Below, in pieces: positions 31,733 through 41,860 of a DNA stretch of 64,000 bases. The notes beneath the pieces were generated by a model. The model was not told the DNA's origin, did not search any database, and was given only the letters and a program-made list of their open reading frames with translations. Position 1 is the first letter of the stretch, and the number at the start of each line of letters is the position of its first letter. Source of the stretch: Desulfomicrobium sp. (GTDB lineage Bacteria > Desulfobacterota > Desulfovibrionia > Desulfovibrionales > Desulfomicrobiaceae); contig JAXGMI010000002.1 in assembly GCA_040768745.1 (NCBI GenBank), positions 480,001-544,000 on the forward strand. The letters are read 5' to 3'. Made by a program: the position numbers and the translations under genes.

Positions 31733-32439
31733 GCGGATGCCTGTATGGAGTCGGGGTGGGCCCGGGCGATCCTGATCTCATCACCCTGAAGGCGATCAAA
31801 ATCCTGGGGTCCGTGGACGTCATCCTGGCCGCGGCGTCCACCAAGAACGAGGACTCCCTGGCCCTGGACATCGCCCGGCCGCACCTCAGACACAATGCCC
31901 GCATCGTCCGCCTGGGCTTCCCCATGTGCCGGGATGCACACACCCTGCAGACCGCCTGGATCCGCAACGCGGAACTGGTCCTGGCCGAACTGCGTAAGGG
32001 ACATGACGCAGCGTTCCTGACCCTGGGCGACCCCTTGCTCTACTCCACCTTCGCCTATCTGCTGCGCACCCTGCGGGGACTGGACCCGGATCTGACGGCC
32101 AGCGTCATCCCTGGCATCACTTCCTTCCAGGCCGCTGCCGCGGCCACGGAAACCGTACTGGCGGAAGGCGCCGAGAATCTCGTCATCCTCCCGGGCATCC
32201 GCGAACCCGCAGAGCTTCGCCATAACCTGGCCCAGGCAGACAATGCCGTGATCCTCAAGACATACACAAATTTTGCCGCCATACGGGAAGAACTGCGCAA
32301 TTTTCCCTTGCAGACCCATTGCGTTTTCGCCTCAAGGGTGGGCATGAAGGAGGAACTCATCACCAGGAGCCTGGCGGAGGCCCCTGACAACCCGACCTAT
32401 CTGTCGCTCATGCTCATGACAAAACGCAAACCACGCTGA
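31729..32439 (+). CDS. cbiL: Cobalt-precorrin-2 C20-methyltransferase
   Basis: LYGVGVGPGDPDLITLKA, LGFPM, LTLGDPLLYSTF and YLSLML. Confidence 0.92.
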   Translation: MSGCLYGVGVGPGDPDLITLKAIKILGSVDVILAAASTKNEDSLALDIARPHLRHNARIVRLGFPMCRDAHTLQTAWIRNAELVLAELRKGHDAAFLTLGDPLLYSTFAYLLRTLRGLDPDLTASVIPGITSFQAAAAATETVLAEGAENLVILPGIREPAELRHNLAQADNAVILKTYTNFAAIREELRNFPLQTHCVFASRVGMKEELITRSLAEAPDNPTYLSLMLMTKRKPR

Positions 32440-32453
32440 AAGCGAGGAACCAT

Positions 32454-33806
32454 ATGCCCAAAGCCATCATCATCGCCGGCACCTCCAGCGGTTGCGGCAA
32501 GACATCCGTGGCCCTCGGATTGATGAAAGCATTTGCCCGCAAAAAACTCTCAGTCCAGGGCTTCAAGTCGGGACCTGACTTCATTGACCCGGGCCTGCAT
32601 CGCATGGCCACAGGCCTGCCCAGCCACAATCTGGACGGATGGATGCTTCCGGCCGAGGAAATCCGTCGCATTTTCCGCCGCAACAACGAAGGCTGCGACC
32701 TGTCCATCATAGAAGGGGCCATGGGGCTGTTCGACGGCATCGGCGCGAACAGGGAGGAGGGCTCAACGGCTCAATTGGCCAAGATACTCGACGTGCCCGT
32801 GCTGCTGGTGGTCAACGCCCGGGGCATGGCCCGGTCCGCTGCCGCCCTGGTCAAGGGATACGCGGAGTTCGATCCGGATCTGCGCCTGGAGAGCGTCCTT
32901 TTCAACATGACCGGCAGCCCAACCCATGGCCGCATCCTGGCCCAGGCCCTGGAGGTCCTGCCCAGCGTGCATGTGTTCGGCAGCCTTCCGCGCGTGTCGG
33001 ACCTGCAGTTGCCCTCCCGGCACCTTGGTCTGGTCACGGCCGAAGACCTGGATCGGCGGGAGGAACGGCTCAACGCCCTGGCTGACTGGGTGGAAAATGC
33101 CCTGGATCTGGATTCCCTGTACAAATCCCTGCCCGATTGCACCCTGCCAACCTTGAATGACGGAGGCAGCAAAATGCCGGAAATCCGCATTGGCTACGCC
33201 AGGGACCGGGCCTTCTGCTTCTACTACGAGGAAAACCTGCGCCTGCTGCGCCAGGCCGGAGCCGAACTGGTGCCATTCTCCCCTCTGCAGGACGCCCATC
33301 TGCCGCCGGCCCTGCGCGGACTGTACCTGGGCGGCGGATATCCGGAACTTCACGCCCGTGAATTAGCCGCCAATGAAACCATGCGGACCAAAATCCGCGA
33401 TTTTTGCCTGAGCGGCAAGCCGGTCTATGCCGAATGCGGGGGCTTCATGTACCTGATGCGCTCCATTGTCAGCCGCGCGGGCCAGGATCTGCCCATGGTC
33501 GGAGTCTTCGATTTCACCTGCTCCATGCAGGGACGGCACCAAGCCCTGGGGTACCGCGAGGTGGAACTCACCGGGTCCTGCTTCCTCGGCCAGGCCGGAG
33601 CCAAGGCCCGGGGGCATGAATTCCATTATTCTGTTCTGCACGGCGCAGATCCTGGGGTCACGGACATTTACAACGTCGTTGACCGCAGCGGCCATACAGC
33701 CAAAGGCGGATTTCTGAAAAACAACTGCCTGGGCTCCTACGTGCATCTGCACTTTGGTTCCAACCCGGCTATGGCAGCCCATTTTGTAGAGGCCTGCGGC
33801 GCATGA
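32454..33806 (+). CDS. cbiA: Cobyrinate a,c-diamide synthase
   Basis: SGCGKT, KSGPDFIDP, EGAMGLFDG, AFCFYY, AECGG and GHEFHYS. Confidence 0.95.
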   Translation: MPKAIIIAGTSSGCGKTSVALGLMKAFARKKLSVQGFKSGPDFIDPGLHRMATGLPSHNLDGWMLPAEEIRRIFRRNNEGCDLSIIEGAMGLFDGIGANREEGSTAQLAKILDVPVLLVVNARGMARSAAALVKGYAEFDPDLRLESVLFNMTGSPTHGRILAQALEVLPSVHVFGSLPRVSDLQLPSRHLGLVTAEDLDRREERLNALADWVENALDLDSLYKSLPDCTLPTLNDGGSKMPEIRIGYARDRAFCFYYEENLRLLRQAGAELVPFSPLQDAHLPPALRGLYLGGGYPELHARELAANETMRTKIRDFCLSGKPVYAECGGFMYLMRSIVSRAGQDLPMVGVFDFTCSMQGRHQALGYREVELTGSCFLGQAGAKARGHEFHYSVLHGADPGVTDIYNVVDRSGHTAKGGFLKNNCLGSYVHLHFGSNPAMAAHFVEACGA

Positions 33807-34876
33807 CCCTGCGTCAGGGCTTCACCACGGGCACTGCCGCAGCGGCCGCGGCCAAGGCCGCGACCTTGCATCTGTTGACTGGCCAAGGGCACACGACTGT
33901 GGACGTACCCCTCCCCACGGGAGAGCGCCTGACCATACCGGTGCTGGAAAGCAGGGCCGAGGCTGACGGCATCCTGGCCGCCGTGATCAAGGATGCGGGA
34001 GATGATCCGGACGTAACCCACCGGGCCGTGATCCGGGCCTGGGTCCGGCCCGGTGCAGGAGAGGGGGTGGTGCTGACGGGCGGGACCGGCGTGGGAGTGG
34101 TCACCCGGCCAGGTCTGCCCGTGACCGTCGGGCAACCAGCCATCAACCCCGTTCCGCAAATTCAGATCCGCCAGGCGGTGGCCGAGGCCCTGGGCGCCGG
34201 TCCGCGCGGCCTGCACGTCGAGATCCGCGTGGACCGGGGCGAGGAATTGGCCCGCAAGACCTTCAACCCTCGCCTGGGGATAGTCGGGGGCATTTCCATT
34301 CTCGGCACACGGGGCACGGTCAAGCCCTTCAGTCACTGGGCCTACCAGGCCACCATCCGCCAGTGCCTCGATGTCATGGTCGCCAATGCCGTCCCCTGCC
34401 CCTGCCTGACCACGGGTGGCCGCAGCGAGCGTTTCCTCCGCCGTGCCAGGCCCGAAATCGCAGCGGAAGCCTGCGTGCAGGTGGCTGATTTTTTTTTCTA
34501 TTCCATGCGCGAAGCGGGAAGACGCAGATTTGAAAACCTGTGCTGGGGTATCTTTTTCGGAAAACTGGTCAAACATGCCCAAGGCCATCGCTATACCCAC
34601 GCCCGCAGCGCGGGCCTGGACCTGAGGACCCTCGCCCTGTGGTGCGCCGGCTGCGGTTTTGAACCCGGGGTTTGCGACTTCGTGGCCAAGGCCAACACAG
34701 CCCGACAGGTTCTGGAGGAAATACACGACCACCCCAGGGCGTCCAGGCTCTTTGCCCTGCTTACGGACAAGGCCCGATTCTGGGCCAGAGCCTTTGCCGG
34801 GACAGACATGCGCGTGGACTATCTGCTGTTTGACTTCAACGGACGTGTTCTGCGTGACAGCCGGGAGGCGGCATGA
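33803..34876 (+). CDS. cbiD: Cobalt-precorrin-5B C1-methyltransferase
   Basis: LRQGFTTGTAAAAA, KDAGDDPDVTH and NPRLGIVGGISILGT. Confidence 0.96.
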   Translation: MTLRQGFTTGTAAAAAAKAATLHLLTGQGHTTVDVPLPTGERLTIPVLESRAEADGILAAVIKDAGDDPDVTHRAVIRAWVRPGAGEGVVLTGGTGVGVVTRPGLPVTVGQPAINPVPQIQIRQAVAEALGAGPRGLHVEIRVDRGEELARKTFNPRLGIVGGISILGTRGTVKPFSHWAYQATIRQCLDVMVANAVPCPCLTTGGRSERFLRRARPEIAAEACVQVADFFFYSMREAGRRRFENLCWGIFFGKLVKHAQGHRYTHARSAGLDLRTLALWCAGCGFEPGVCDFVAKANTARQVLEEIHDHPRASRLFALLTDKARFWARAFAGTDMRVDYLLFDFNGRVLRDSREAA

Positions 34877-36105
34877 TCCACGTCATCGGTCTCGGCGTTG
34901 GCCCTGCGGACCCTCCCCCGGACGCCATGTCCCTCATCCGTGGCTCCGCGATGGTCGCCGGCGGAACCCGCATTCTTGACCGCCTGGGCATCGAGGAACG
35001 GCGGAGAATCTGTTTCACCCGTGCTGACGAATTTGCGGCCCACATCCGCGCCCATGCCGCATGGGGCGACGTCTGCGTGGTGGCCGACGGCGATCCCCTC
35101 CTGTTCGGCATCGGCACGACGTTGCTGCGTTTTTTTCCGGCCCAGGATCTGAATTTCCGGCCCAACGTCTCGGCCATGCAGGCTGCCTGCGCCCGTTTCG
35201 GGCTGCCCTGGGCGCACTGCGTCCCTCTGTCCATGCACGGACGATCCGATCTCGCTCCCCTCTTCGCGGCCCTGGCCAGAGGCAGTCTGGTGGCTGTCTA
35301 CACCGACCCTGAGCATGATCCCGGCAGACTGGCCCAGGCCTTGATGGAGCGGGGAGTTCAGGGCTGGCGCATGCATGTGGCGGAAGCCCTCGGCCTGCCC
35401 GAGGAGCGGCTGAGCAGCCTGGATCTGGACCGTGCGGCCGCGCAGTCGTGGCATCCCCTCAATCTCGTTCTTTTTGAGCGGATGAGCCCGCCACCCCTGG
35501 ACCTCTGCCTGGGTCTCGATGATTCCCTCCTGGCCCATGACCAAGAGCTCATAACCAAGCAACCCGTGCGCGCCCTTGCCCTCTCGCTGTTGCGTCTTGC
35601 CCCTGACTCCACCCTGTGGGACCTCGGAGCGGGCAGCGGGGCCGTCAGCCTGGAAGCGGCACGGCTCGTCCCGTACGGACGGATCATCGCGGTGGAACGG
35701 CACCCTTCCAGGCTCCAGCACATCAGAGAAAATATCCTCCGTACCGGGGCCTGGCTGGTGGAACCGGTATGTGCCGATGTGGGCGAATTCCTCGCCAGGG
35801 AATCCTCTCAAACAACAATGACCCCATCCTCCCCTACCCGCATTTTCCTTGGAGGAGGGGCAACCCACCACACCCTGAGCCGCTGCTGCGACCTCTTGCA
35901 TCCCGGCGGGTACATGGTTGTGTCGGCAGTGCTTCTTTCAACCCTGGTAATGACGCGCTCCCTGCTTTCTGAACGAGGATGGCCCTGCACCATCCACCAG
36001 ATCGCACACAACAAAAGCGTCCCCCTGGGCAAGGACCTGCGATTTGTGCCATCAAATCCTGTTTTTCTTGTTGAAACCCATAAACATCAAGCGATGCATG
36101 AATAA
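34873..36105 (+). CDS. cbiET: Bifunctional precorrin-6Y C5,C15-methyltransferase (CbiE-CbiT)
   Basis: ADGDPLLFGIG (CbiE) plus ITKQPVR..WDLGAGSGAVSLE (CbiT). Confidence 0.9.
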   Translation: MIHVIGLGVGPADPPPDAMSLIRGSAMVAGGTRILDRLGIEERRRICFTRADEFAAHIRAHAAWGDVCVVADGDPLLFGIGTTLLRFFPAQDLNFRPNVSAMQAACARFGLPWAHCVPLSMHGRSDLAPLFAALARGSLVAVYTDPEHDPGRLAQALMERGVQGWRMHVAEALGLPEERLSSLDLDRAAAQSWHPLNLVLFERMSPPPLDLCLGLDDSLLAHDQELITKQPVRALALSLLRLAPDSTLWDLGAGSGAVSLEAARLVPYGRIIAVERHPSRLQHIRENILRTGAWLVEPVCADVGEFLARESSQTTMTPSSPTRIFLGGGATHHTLSRCCDLLHPGGYMVVSAVLLSTLVMTRSLLSERGWPCTIHQIAHNKSVPLGKDLRFVPSNPVFLVETHKHQAMHE

Positions 36106-37879
36106 ATCACCGCATGTCTGGTTTGTCGGTGCAGGACCTGGAGACCCGGGCCTGATCACTGTCCGGGGACAGGAATGCATTCGTCAGGCTGATCTGGTCC
36201 TCTACGCAGGCTCCCTGGTTCCCAGGGAAGTGGTGGCCTGCGCCAAATCCGGCGCACTGGTTTTGGACTCAGCCGGCATGAGCCTGGAAGAGACACATGC
36301 CCTTGTCCTTGAGACGGTGCAGCGCGGGGGAACTGTGGCCCGGGTCCATACTGGGGACCCGTCCCTGTACGGGACCATCCGGGAACAAGGGGCCCTCCTC
36401 GAACGCGATGGCGTAGCCTGGGCCATCGTTCCGGGGGTGACCGCCGCATTCGCCGCTGCGGCGCGGGCCAAGGTGTCCTTCACCGTGCCGGAATCCACCC
36501 AGAGCCTGGTCCTCACCCGTCTGGCCGGGCGTACGCCCGTTCCCCGATCCGAATCGTTGCGCCATTTCGCCGCCCATGGCTCTTCGGTGGCCGTATACCT
36601 CTCCGCAGACAAGACCACATTGCTGGCAGAGGAACTGCGCCAAGCCGGACTGCCCGCAGACACAGTCATTGTCGTCGGACACAAGGTCGGACATCCCGGA
36701 GAACAGATTCTGCGCACCAGCCTTGCCGACCTGGAACAGAGGGTGCGGGAGTTCGACATCGACCGCCAGGCCGTGTTTCTGATCCTGCCCGGGGAGTCTG
36801 CTCCGGAAACCATGTCCCGGCTCTACGCCGCATCTTTTGGCCACGGATTCCGCAGGGCGATCCGCCCTGACACCTGGACCCGCCTGGCCGTCTACGCCTT
36901 GACCGCACAGGGTTTAGCCCTGGCCAGGCGCATGGTTTCAGCCTGGCCGGGAGACATTTTTGTGCCCCGCCGCCTGGCGGACAGCGATACCGTTGCCTTT
37001 GCCCGCCTGTCTGAACAGGTGCGGGCCAATTTCGGAGCCTATCACGCCCATGTCTTCGTTGCGGCGGCAGGCATAGTGGTCCGCACCATCGCCCCGCTGC
37101 TGCAGGACAAGACGGCGGATCCGGCCGTCATTGTCTGCGACCACGCTGGGCAGCATGTCATCAGCCTTTTGTCCGGGCACCTTGGCGGCGCCAACGACCT
37201 CGCCCGCCGCATAGCGAAACACCTCGGAGGCCAGGCCGTCATCACCACGGCTACGGACACCTGCGCCAGCCCGGCCATGGATGTACTGGCCCGGGAAAAG
37301 GGTTGCACCATCGCCGACCCGTCCCGCATCAAGGCCGTGAATTCCGCCCTGGCCGAAGGATTGCCGGTCATGGTACACGATCCGGAGCAGTATCTGGGAA
37401 TTTCCGACCATCCGGCATTCAATCTCGTTTCTGATCCCGAGACGGCCCAGGTGGTTGTGACGTGGCAGAACCGCCCGCACCAGGGGCTGGTCCTGCATCC
37501 CATGTGCCTGGTGGCCGGCATCGGCTGCCGCAGGGGGGTCCACAGGGAGGATATCCTCGCCGCTCTGGACCAGGTCTTTGCCGCTCACCACTTGGCGCCG
37601 CAAAGTCTCCGATCCCTGGTCAGCGTGGACCTCAAGAAGGATGAATCCGGCCTCCTCCAGACGGGCCGAGACATCGGCGTGCCTCTGGAATTTCTGGACC
37701 GATCGTGCCTGGAACGAATCCAGGTTCCCAACCCGTCGAACACAGTGCTGAAACAAATTGGAGTGTCCAGCGTATGCGAAGCAGCGGCCCTGATGGTGGC
37801 CAGGAAAAACAATCCCTCGGCAAAACTCATCGTCCCCAAGACGATTGTGGGCCCGGTTACGGTGGCCGTGGCCGTTTGA
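36098..37879 (+). CDS. cbiFG: Fused precorrin-4 C11-methyltransferase (CbiF) and cobalt-precorrin-5A hydrolase (CbiG)
   Basis: N half: GAGPGDP, YAGSLV, HTGDPSLYG. C half: GIVVRTIAP, DKTADPAV, SGHLGGAN, GIGCRRG, SVCEAAA. Single 593-aa frame. Confidence 0.92.
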   Translation: MNKSPHVWFVGAGPGDPGLITVRGQECIRQADLVLYAGSLVPREVVACAKSGALVLDSAGMSLEETHALVLETVQRGGTVARVHTGDPSLYGTIREQGALLERDGVAWAIVPGVTAAFAAAARAKVSFTVPESTQSLVLTRLAGRTPVPRSESLRHFAAHGSSVAVYLSADKTTLLAEELRQAGLPADTVIVVGHKVGHPGEQILRTSLADLEQRVREFDIDRQAVFLILPGESAPETMSRLYAASFGHGFRRAIRPDTWTRLAVYALTAQGLALARRMVSAWPGDIFVPRRLADSDTVAFARLSEQVRANFGAYHAHVFVAAAGIVVRTIAPLLQDKTADPAVIVCDHAGQHVISLLSGHLGGANDLARRIAKHLGGQAVITTATDTCASPAMDVLAREKGCTIADPSRIKAVNSALAEGLPVMVHDPEQYLGISDHPAFNLVSDPETAQVVVTWQNRPHQGLVLHPMCLVAGIGCRRGVHREDILAALDQVFAAHHLAPQSLRSLVSVDLKKDESGLLQTGRDIGVPLEFLDRSCLERIQVPNPSNTVLKQIGVSSVCEAAALMVARKNNPSAKLIVPKTIVGPVTVAVAV

Positions 37880-38619
37880 CCGTCATCGGCCTCGGCCCAG
37901 GCACTGCCGGACTTCTCCCGCCCATGGCCCTGCACTGCCTGATCCAGGCCCAGGCCGTGGTCGGATACGACAGGTATGTCGATCTGGTGGATCCGGGACT
38001 GCTGCAGGGCAAGACCCTGTTCTCCAGCCCCATGAAAAAAGAGATGGAACGCACCCAAAAGGCTGTGCAGTTGGCCCTGGACGGCATGAACACAGTGGTG
38101 GTCTCGTCTGGAGACAGCGGTATCTACGGCATGGCCGGACTGGTGCTGGAATATCTGGAGCGATGGGCGTTGGTGGACAGGATCGACCTGCAGATCATCC
38201 CCGGCATCCCGGCTCTGTGCGCTGCGGCAGCCCTGCTGGGCGCTCCGCTGATGCACGACTTCGCCTGCGTCTCCCTCTCGGACCTGCTCACTCCGCTGCC
38301 CACTATCATGAAGCGGATTTGGGCCGCGGCTGAGGCGGACTTCGTCTTGGTTCTGTACAACCCCAAATCCCGAAGGCGCAGTTCATATCTCGCCGATGTC
38401 CTCGATATCGTGGCCCGCCAGCGAGGTCCTCAGACCCCGGTGGGGTTCGTGCGCAACGCCTTCCGTCAGGACCAGGAGGTCCTTGCGACCACCCTGGAAT
38501 CGTGTGATCCGGACCGGGCCGACATGCTGACCATCGTAATTGTCGGCAACAGCGCCAGTCGATTGGTCAGCGACAAGATCCTGACTCCACGGGGGTATTT
38601 CGAAAAGTATGGAGTGTGA
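37876..38619 (+). CDS. cbiH: Precorrin-3B C17-methyltransferase
   Basis: VIGLGPG, SSGDSGIYGMAG, GAPLMHDF, SLSDLLTP, YNPKS and TPRGY; TTG start overlapping the cbiFG stop is inferred. Confidence 0.93.
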   Translation: MTVIGLGPGTAGLLPPMALHCLIQAQAVVGYDRYVDLVDPGLLQGKTLFSSPMKKEMERTQKAVQLALDGMNTVVVSSGDSGIYGMAGLVLEYLERWALVDRIDLQIIPGIPALCAAAALLGAPLMHDFACVSLSDLLTPLPTIMKRIWAAAEADFVLVLYNPKSRRRSSYLADVLDIVARQRGPQTPVGFVRNAFRQDQEVLATTLESCDPDRADMLTIVIVGNSASRLVSDKILTPRGYFEKYGV

Positions 38620-38637
38620 TCCGGTAGCCTGGGAACG

Positions 38638-40245
38638 CTAAGTCTCGTCCCTGTGCAGAATATTGAGCAAATCGTTTTTGAGCATCCACAACACCGTGCT
38701 TCCCAAAGCCGGAGAGCTGCATTCCTCAGCCAGCCTGCCCCAGGCAATTCCCCTCCGGGCCCGGACCAGAATGAACCGCATCAGATCCAGATCGATCCGA
38801 TCCTCTATCCCCGCATACATCACGGGATGATCCTGCCCCCGGTACACGGCCCGGCCCAGGTCCGTGGCCTCCAGGACATGACTCTCGTGCAAACGCCCAC
38901 TTGCATAGACGCTGAACACACGGCCGTAATCCAGGGCCAACGGATGCCAAAACGCCCCTTGGCCGGGCAAGGGACAGGGCTCTTCATGCAACCGCTCCCA
39001 CAATGCCAGATATTGCTTCACAATCTTCGGCCAGTCGAACTTGCGGGCATGCTCCCGGGCAGCTGCGCCCATGCGTTCCCGCTCCCCGGGGTCGATCAGT
39101 CGGGCCAGATACCCGGCCAGAATGGCCACATCCACAGCCACGTCCTGGGCCAGCCAGAGGTGGTAGACGCTGTCGTACAGCAGGGGGGCCATGAGGCCGA
39201 CCGTCTCATCCATTCCGCTGTCCATGGTCGGCACCAGCAGCCCTGTCTGACCATGCAGGACCAGGTCCCGATAGCCGTCATAATCTGAGGCGATGACGGG
39301 CTTGCCTGCTGCCCCTGCCTCCAGCAGGGTCAACCCGAAGGTCTCCTGGGGATTGTCGGCCAGGGACACAACCACATCGGCCCGATGCAGCAGGGCCTTT
39401 TTGACCTCGTCATCCGGGCAGCGGACCACCACGATCTCCAGGCCGATATTGGCCCCCAGACTGGCCAGGGTCCCGGGCAGCTCCGTTCCCTCGTCGGCCC
39501 CTCCGGCCAGGACCAGACAAATCCCTCCGAGATCCGTTCCGGCCCGGCCCAATCGCTGGAACGCCCGCAGGAGAGGCAGGATGTCCATCTTTGAATAGGG
39601 GCTGATCCGCCCTGGAACGAGAAACACGGTTTTGGCATCCGGAACTCCTGCCAATGGCGCATGTCCCTCTCTGACGAATTCGTCGCGCCACACCCCTAGC
39701 GGGACCAGCTCCACCTGCGGAACCGTGGCGTCGGGCATCCTCTCCAGCAATCCCTGCAGCATGTTGCGCACCACGCTTGCTCCGGCCCGGGACGTGGCCA
39801 CAATGCAGTCCCGCCGGGTGACCCCGGACCAGACGTGCTGGGCGATGGCCTGGCCGTAACGGGCATAGGACAGGGAATGGGTCACGCCGGTGACGGGAAA
39901 AGCGGTGCATGACACGCGGTTCCGCAGGGCTGCCAGAAAGCCTTGGGTCGTCATGCAGTCCGACAGGTGAAAGCAGTGGTAGGCCGTTGAGGCTATCCTG
40001 GAGGGCAGTTCGGTGCGCGGAAGGATGCGGATTTTCGGACCGAGACCGGGATGATACTGCTGGACAAAGTCATGTACCGCCTGACCGGAAAGGGCGTCCG
40101 GGAGAAAAAAATGGTACCCGTCAAACGGGTCGACCGTCAGCAGGGCTTGGATGAACCCCCTGTTGGCCACTTTGCGCCCGAGAACAGGGCCTCTTTCCAC
40201 GAATGGGTCCAGCGTTCCCCAGATCAAACCCGATGGTTCTTTCAT
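38638..40245 (-). CDS. Glycosyltransferase family 4
   Basis: PGRISPYSK and ETFGLTLLEAGAAGKPVIASDYDGY; start at 40245 or 40278. Confidence 0.88.
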   Translation of the reverse strand: MKEPSGLIWGTLDPFVERGPVLGRKVANRGFIQALLTVDPFDGYHFFLPDALSGQAVHDFVQQYHPGLGPKIRILPRTELPSRIASTAYHCFHLSDCMTTQGFLAALRNRVSCTAFPVTGVTHSLSYARYGQAIAQHVWSGVTRRDCIVATSRAGASVVRNMLQGLLERMPDATVPQVELVPLGVWRDEFVREGHAPLAGVPDAKTVFLVPGRISPYSKMDILPLLRAFQRLGRAGTDLGGICLVLAGGADEGTELPGTLASLGANIGLEIVVVRCPDDEVKKALLHRADVVVSLADNPQETFGLTLLEAGAAGKPVIASDYDGYRDLVLHGQTGLLVPTMDSGMDETVGLMAPLLYDSVYHLWLAQDVAVDVAILAGYLARLIDPGERERMGAAAREHARKFDWPKIVKQYLALWERLHEEPCPLPGQGAFWHPLALDYGRVFSVYASGRLHESHVLEATDLGRAVYRGQDHPVMYAGIEDRIDLDLMRFILVRARRGIAWGRLAEECSSPALGSTVLWMLKNDLLNILHRDET

Positions 40246-40365
40246 GCATGCAGCCAAAGCAATATTCGCGCCTGTCATGCCTGCCTTGGCAGCAGCGTTC
40301 CTATCTTGGCAATGAATTTGCTAGGTTGGGATACGGCGTCATTTTTCCCTGCTGCGGAGGATTCA

Positions 40366-41823
40366 ATGGAGATGGCCATCAGGACCTGTCTTGGACTCAA
40401 CTTGAAGTCGCATCTGGCCGGTGCGTTGACCGGGCTTCTCCCGGAAAACCATGTGCTGCACAACCGCTCGACAGGTTTTGTCCTGAAATTTCTGGAATCT
40501 ACCGATCGGCCCCAAAGCGGTATCCTGTTCGTGCCCGCGTCCTCATGGCGAGCCTTGAGCCCGGAAGACCGGGAGGCCCTGCAAAGCCACCAGTCCTGGC
40601 CATTCCTGCTCATTGCGGACGTTTGCGAGGGGGAGGTACTGGAATACATGGCTTCCGGGGCCTTTCTCGGGCTCGTCACCCTACCGCTGGACGAGGCAAA
40701 AATTACCCGTGCCCTGACCCAGGCCGAAGAGGTCTCGGTCATGTATCAGGACATCTTCATGATGGCCCGTGAAATAAGCCTGGAACGGGAACTCCTGGCC
40801 CGCAAGAATGAACAGTTGACATTTTTGAACCAGTTGCTGACCAAGGCCAGCCAAACACTTGACCCTGCTGTCATCCTGTCCTCCGCCGCCGACGACCTGA
40901 ACCTGCTCCTGCAGGTCAGCGCGGTCATGGCCGTATTCTGGAATGGGCGTCAGGGGCAGATCGAAGCGGAACTCTTTCTGCCCGACAACCTTGCCAGCGA
41001 GCGTCAGGATCAGTGGATCACCCATCTCTTGAGCGTGGCCAAACGGCTGGGAAGGTCAGAGGTGAGCGGATACCAGGTGTCTTTTCTCGCACCCCGAAAA
41101 GAGGCCCAGTACATGTCCCCTGAACTGGAACAGATTCTGACCCAGCCCTTGAGCGTGGGGGACGATCCTTTCGGAGCGTTGGTCATCTGTTCGACAGAGG
41201 CCTCGACCCTGGGGCAGGACCGCCTGCGTGTCCTTGGATCGGCGGCCAACCATCTTGCCTTGGCCATGCGCAACAGTCTTGAATTCCGCAAGACCAAAGC
41301 ACAGTCAGACCATGACGGTCTGACCCGTATCGCCAATCGTCAGCACTTTGACATGCGTTTGCGCGAGGAAATGAAGCGGCATCAACGCCACCAGGATGAA
41401 CTCAGCCTGCTGATGCTCGATCTGGACTATTTCAAGTCCATAAACGACACCTACGGCCATCAGGCCGGCGACCAGGTGCTCAGGGAGGTCGGCAGGATTC
41501 TGCAAAAAACATTGCGTGAATCAGATTTTCCGGCCCGATATGGGGGTGAGGAATTCGTCATTATCCTGCCCCAGACCAGGGAAGATCAGGCCTGGATGCT
41601 GGCCGAGCGCCTGCGGGCCATTATCAGCCAGTCCATTTTCCAGTTCCAGCAAAAGATGTTCAGGGTCACCGTCTCCATTGGCATTGCAGGTCTCAAGCCA
41701 GGGGCCTTGGCCCCCCCGGAGGAGCTCATCCACATCGCGGACCAGGCTCTGTACCGGGCCAAGACCAGCGGACGAAACATGGTGTGCAGTTCGTCCATCC
41801 TGGATGCCGCATCGATGCAATGA
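40366..41823 (+). CDS. Diguanylate cyclase (sensor/GAF-like domain plus GGDEF domain)
   Basis: GGAGG ribosome-binding site; DGLTRIANR, DLDYFKSINDTYGH, RESD I-site and YGGEEF. Confidence 0.92.
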   Translation: MEMAIRTCLGLNLKSHLAGALTGLLPENHVLHNRSTGFVLKFLESTDRPQSGILFVPASSWRALSPEDREALQSHQSWPFLLIADVCEGEVLEYMASGAFLGLVTLPLDEAKITRALTQAEEVSVMYQDIFMMAREISLERELLARKNEQLTFLNQLLTKASQTLDPAVILSSAADDLNLLLQVSAVMAVFWNGRQGQIEAELFLPDNLASERQDQWITHLLSVAKRLGRSEVSGYQVSFLAPRKEAQYMSPELEQILTQPLSVGDDPFGALVICSTEASTLGQDRLRVLGSAANHLALAMRNSLEFRKTKAQSDHDGLTRIANRQHFDMRLREEMKRHQRHQDELSLLMLDLDYFKSINDTYGHQAGDQVLREVGRILQKTLRESDFPARYGGEEFVIILPQTREDQAWMLAERLRAIISQSIFQFQQKMFRVTVSIGIAGLKPGALAPPEELIHIADQALYRAKTSGRNMVCSSSILDAASMQ

Positions 41824-41860
41824 AAAAGGGGCTTTCGAGCCCCTTCACGGCACGCCCAAA

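Noticed and set aside
40051..40365. N-terminal extensions in the ORF track (diguanylate cyclase; likewise 27892, 29110, 31282, 59721-60560, 60692)
   Set aside because: They overlap neighbouring genes or the riboswitch; downstream starts with better ribosome-binding sites or operon coupling were chosen
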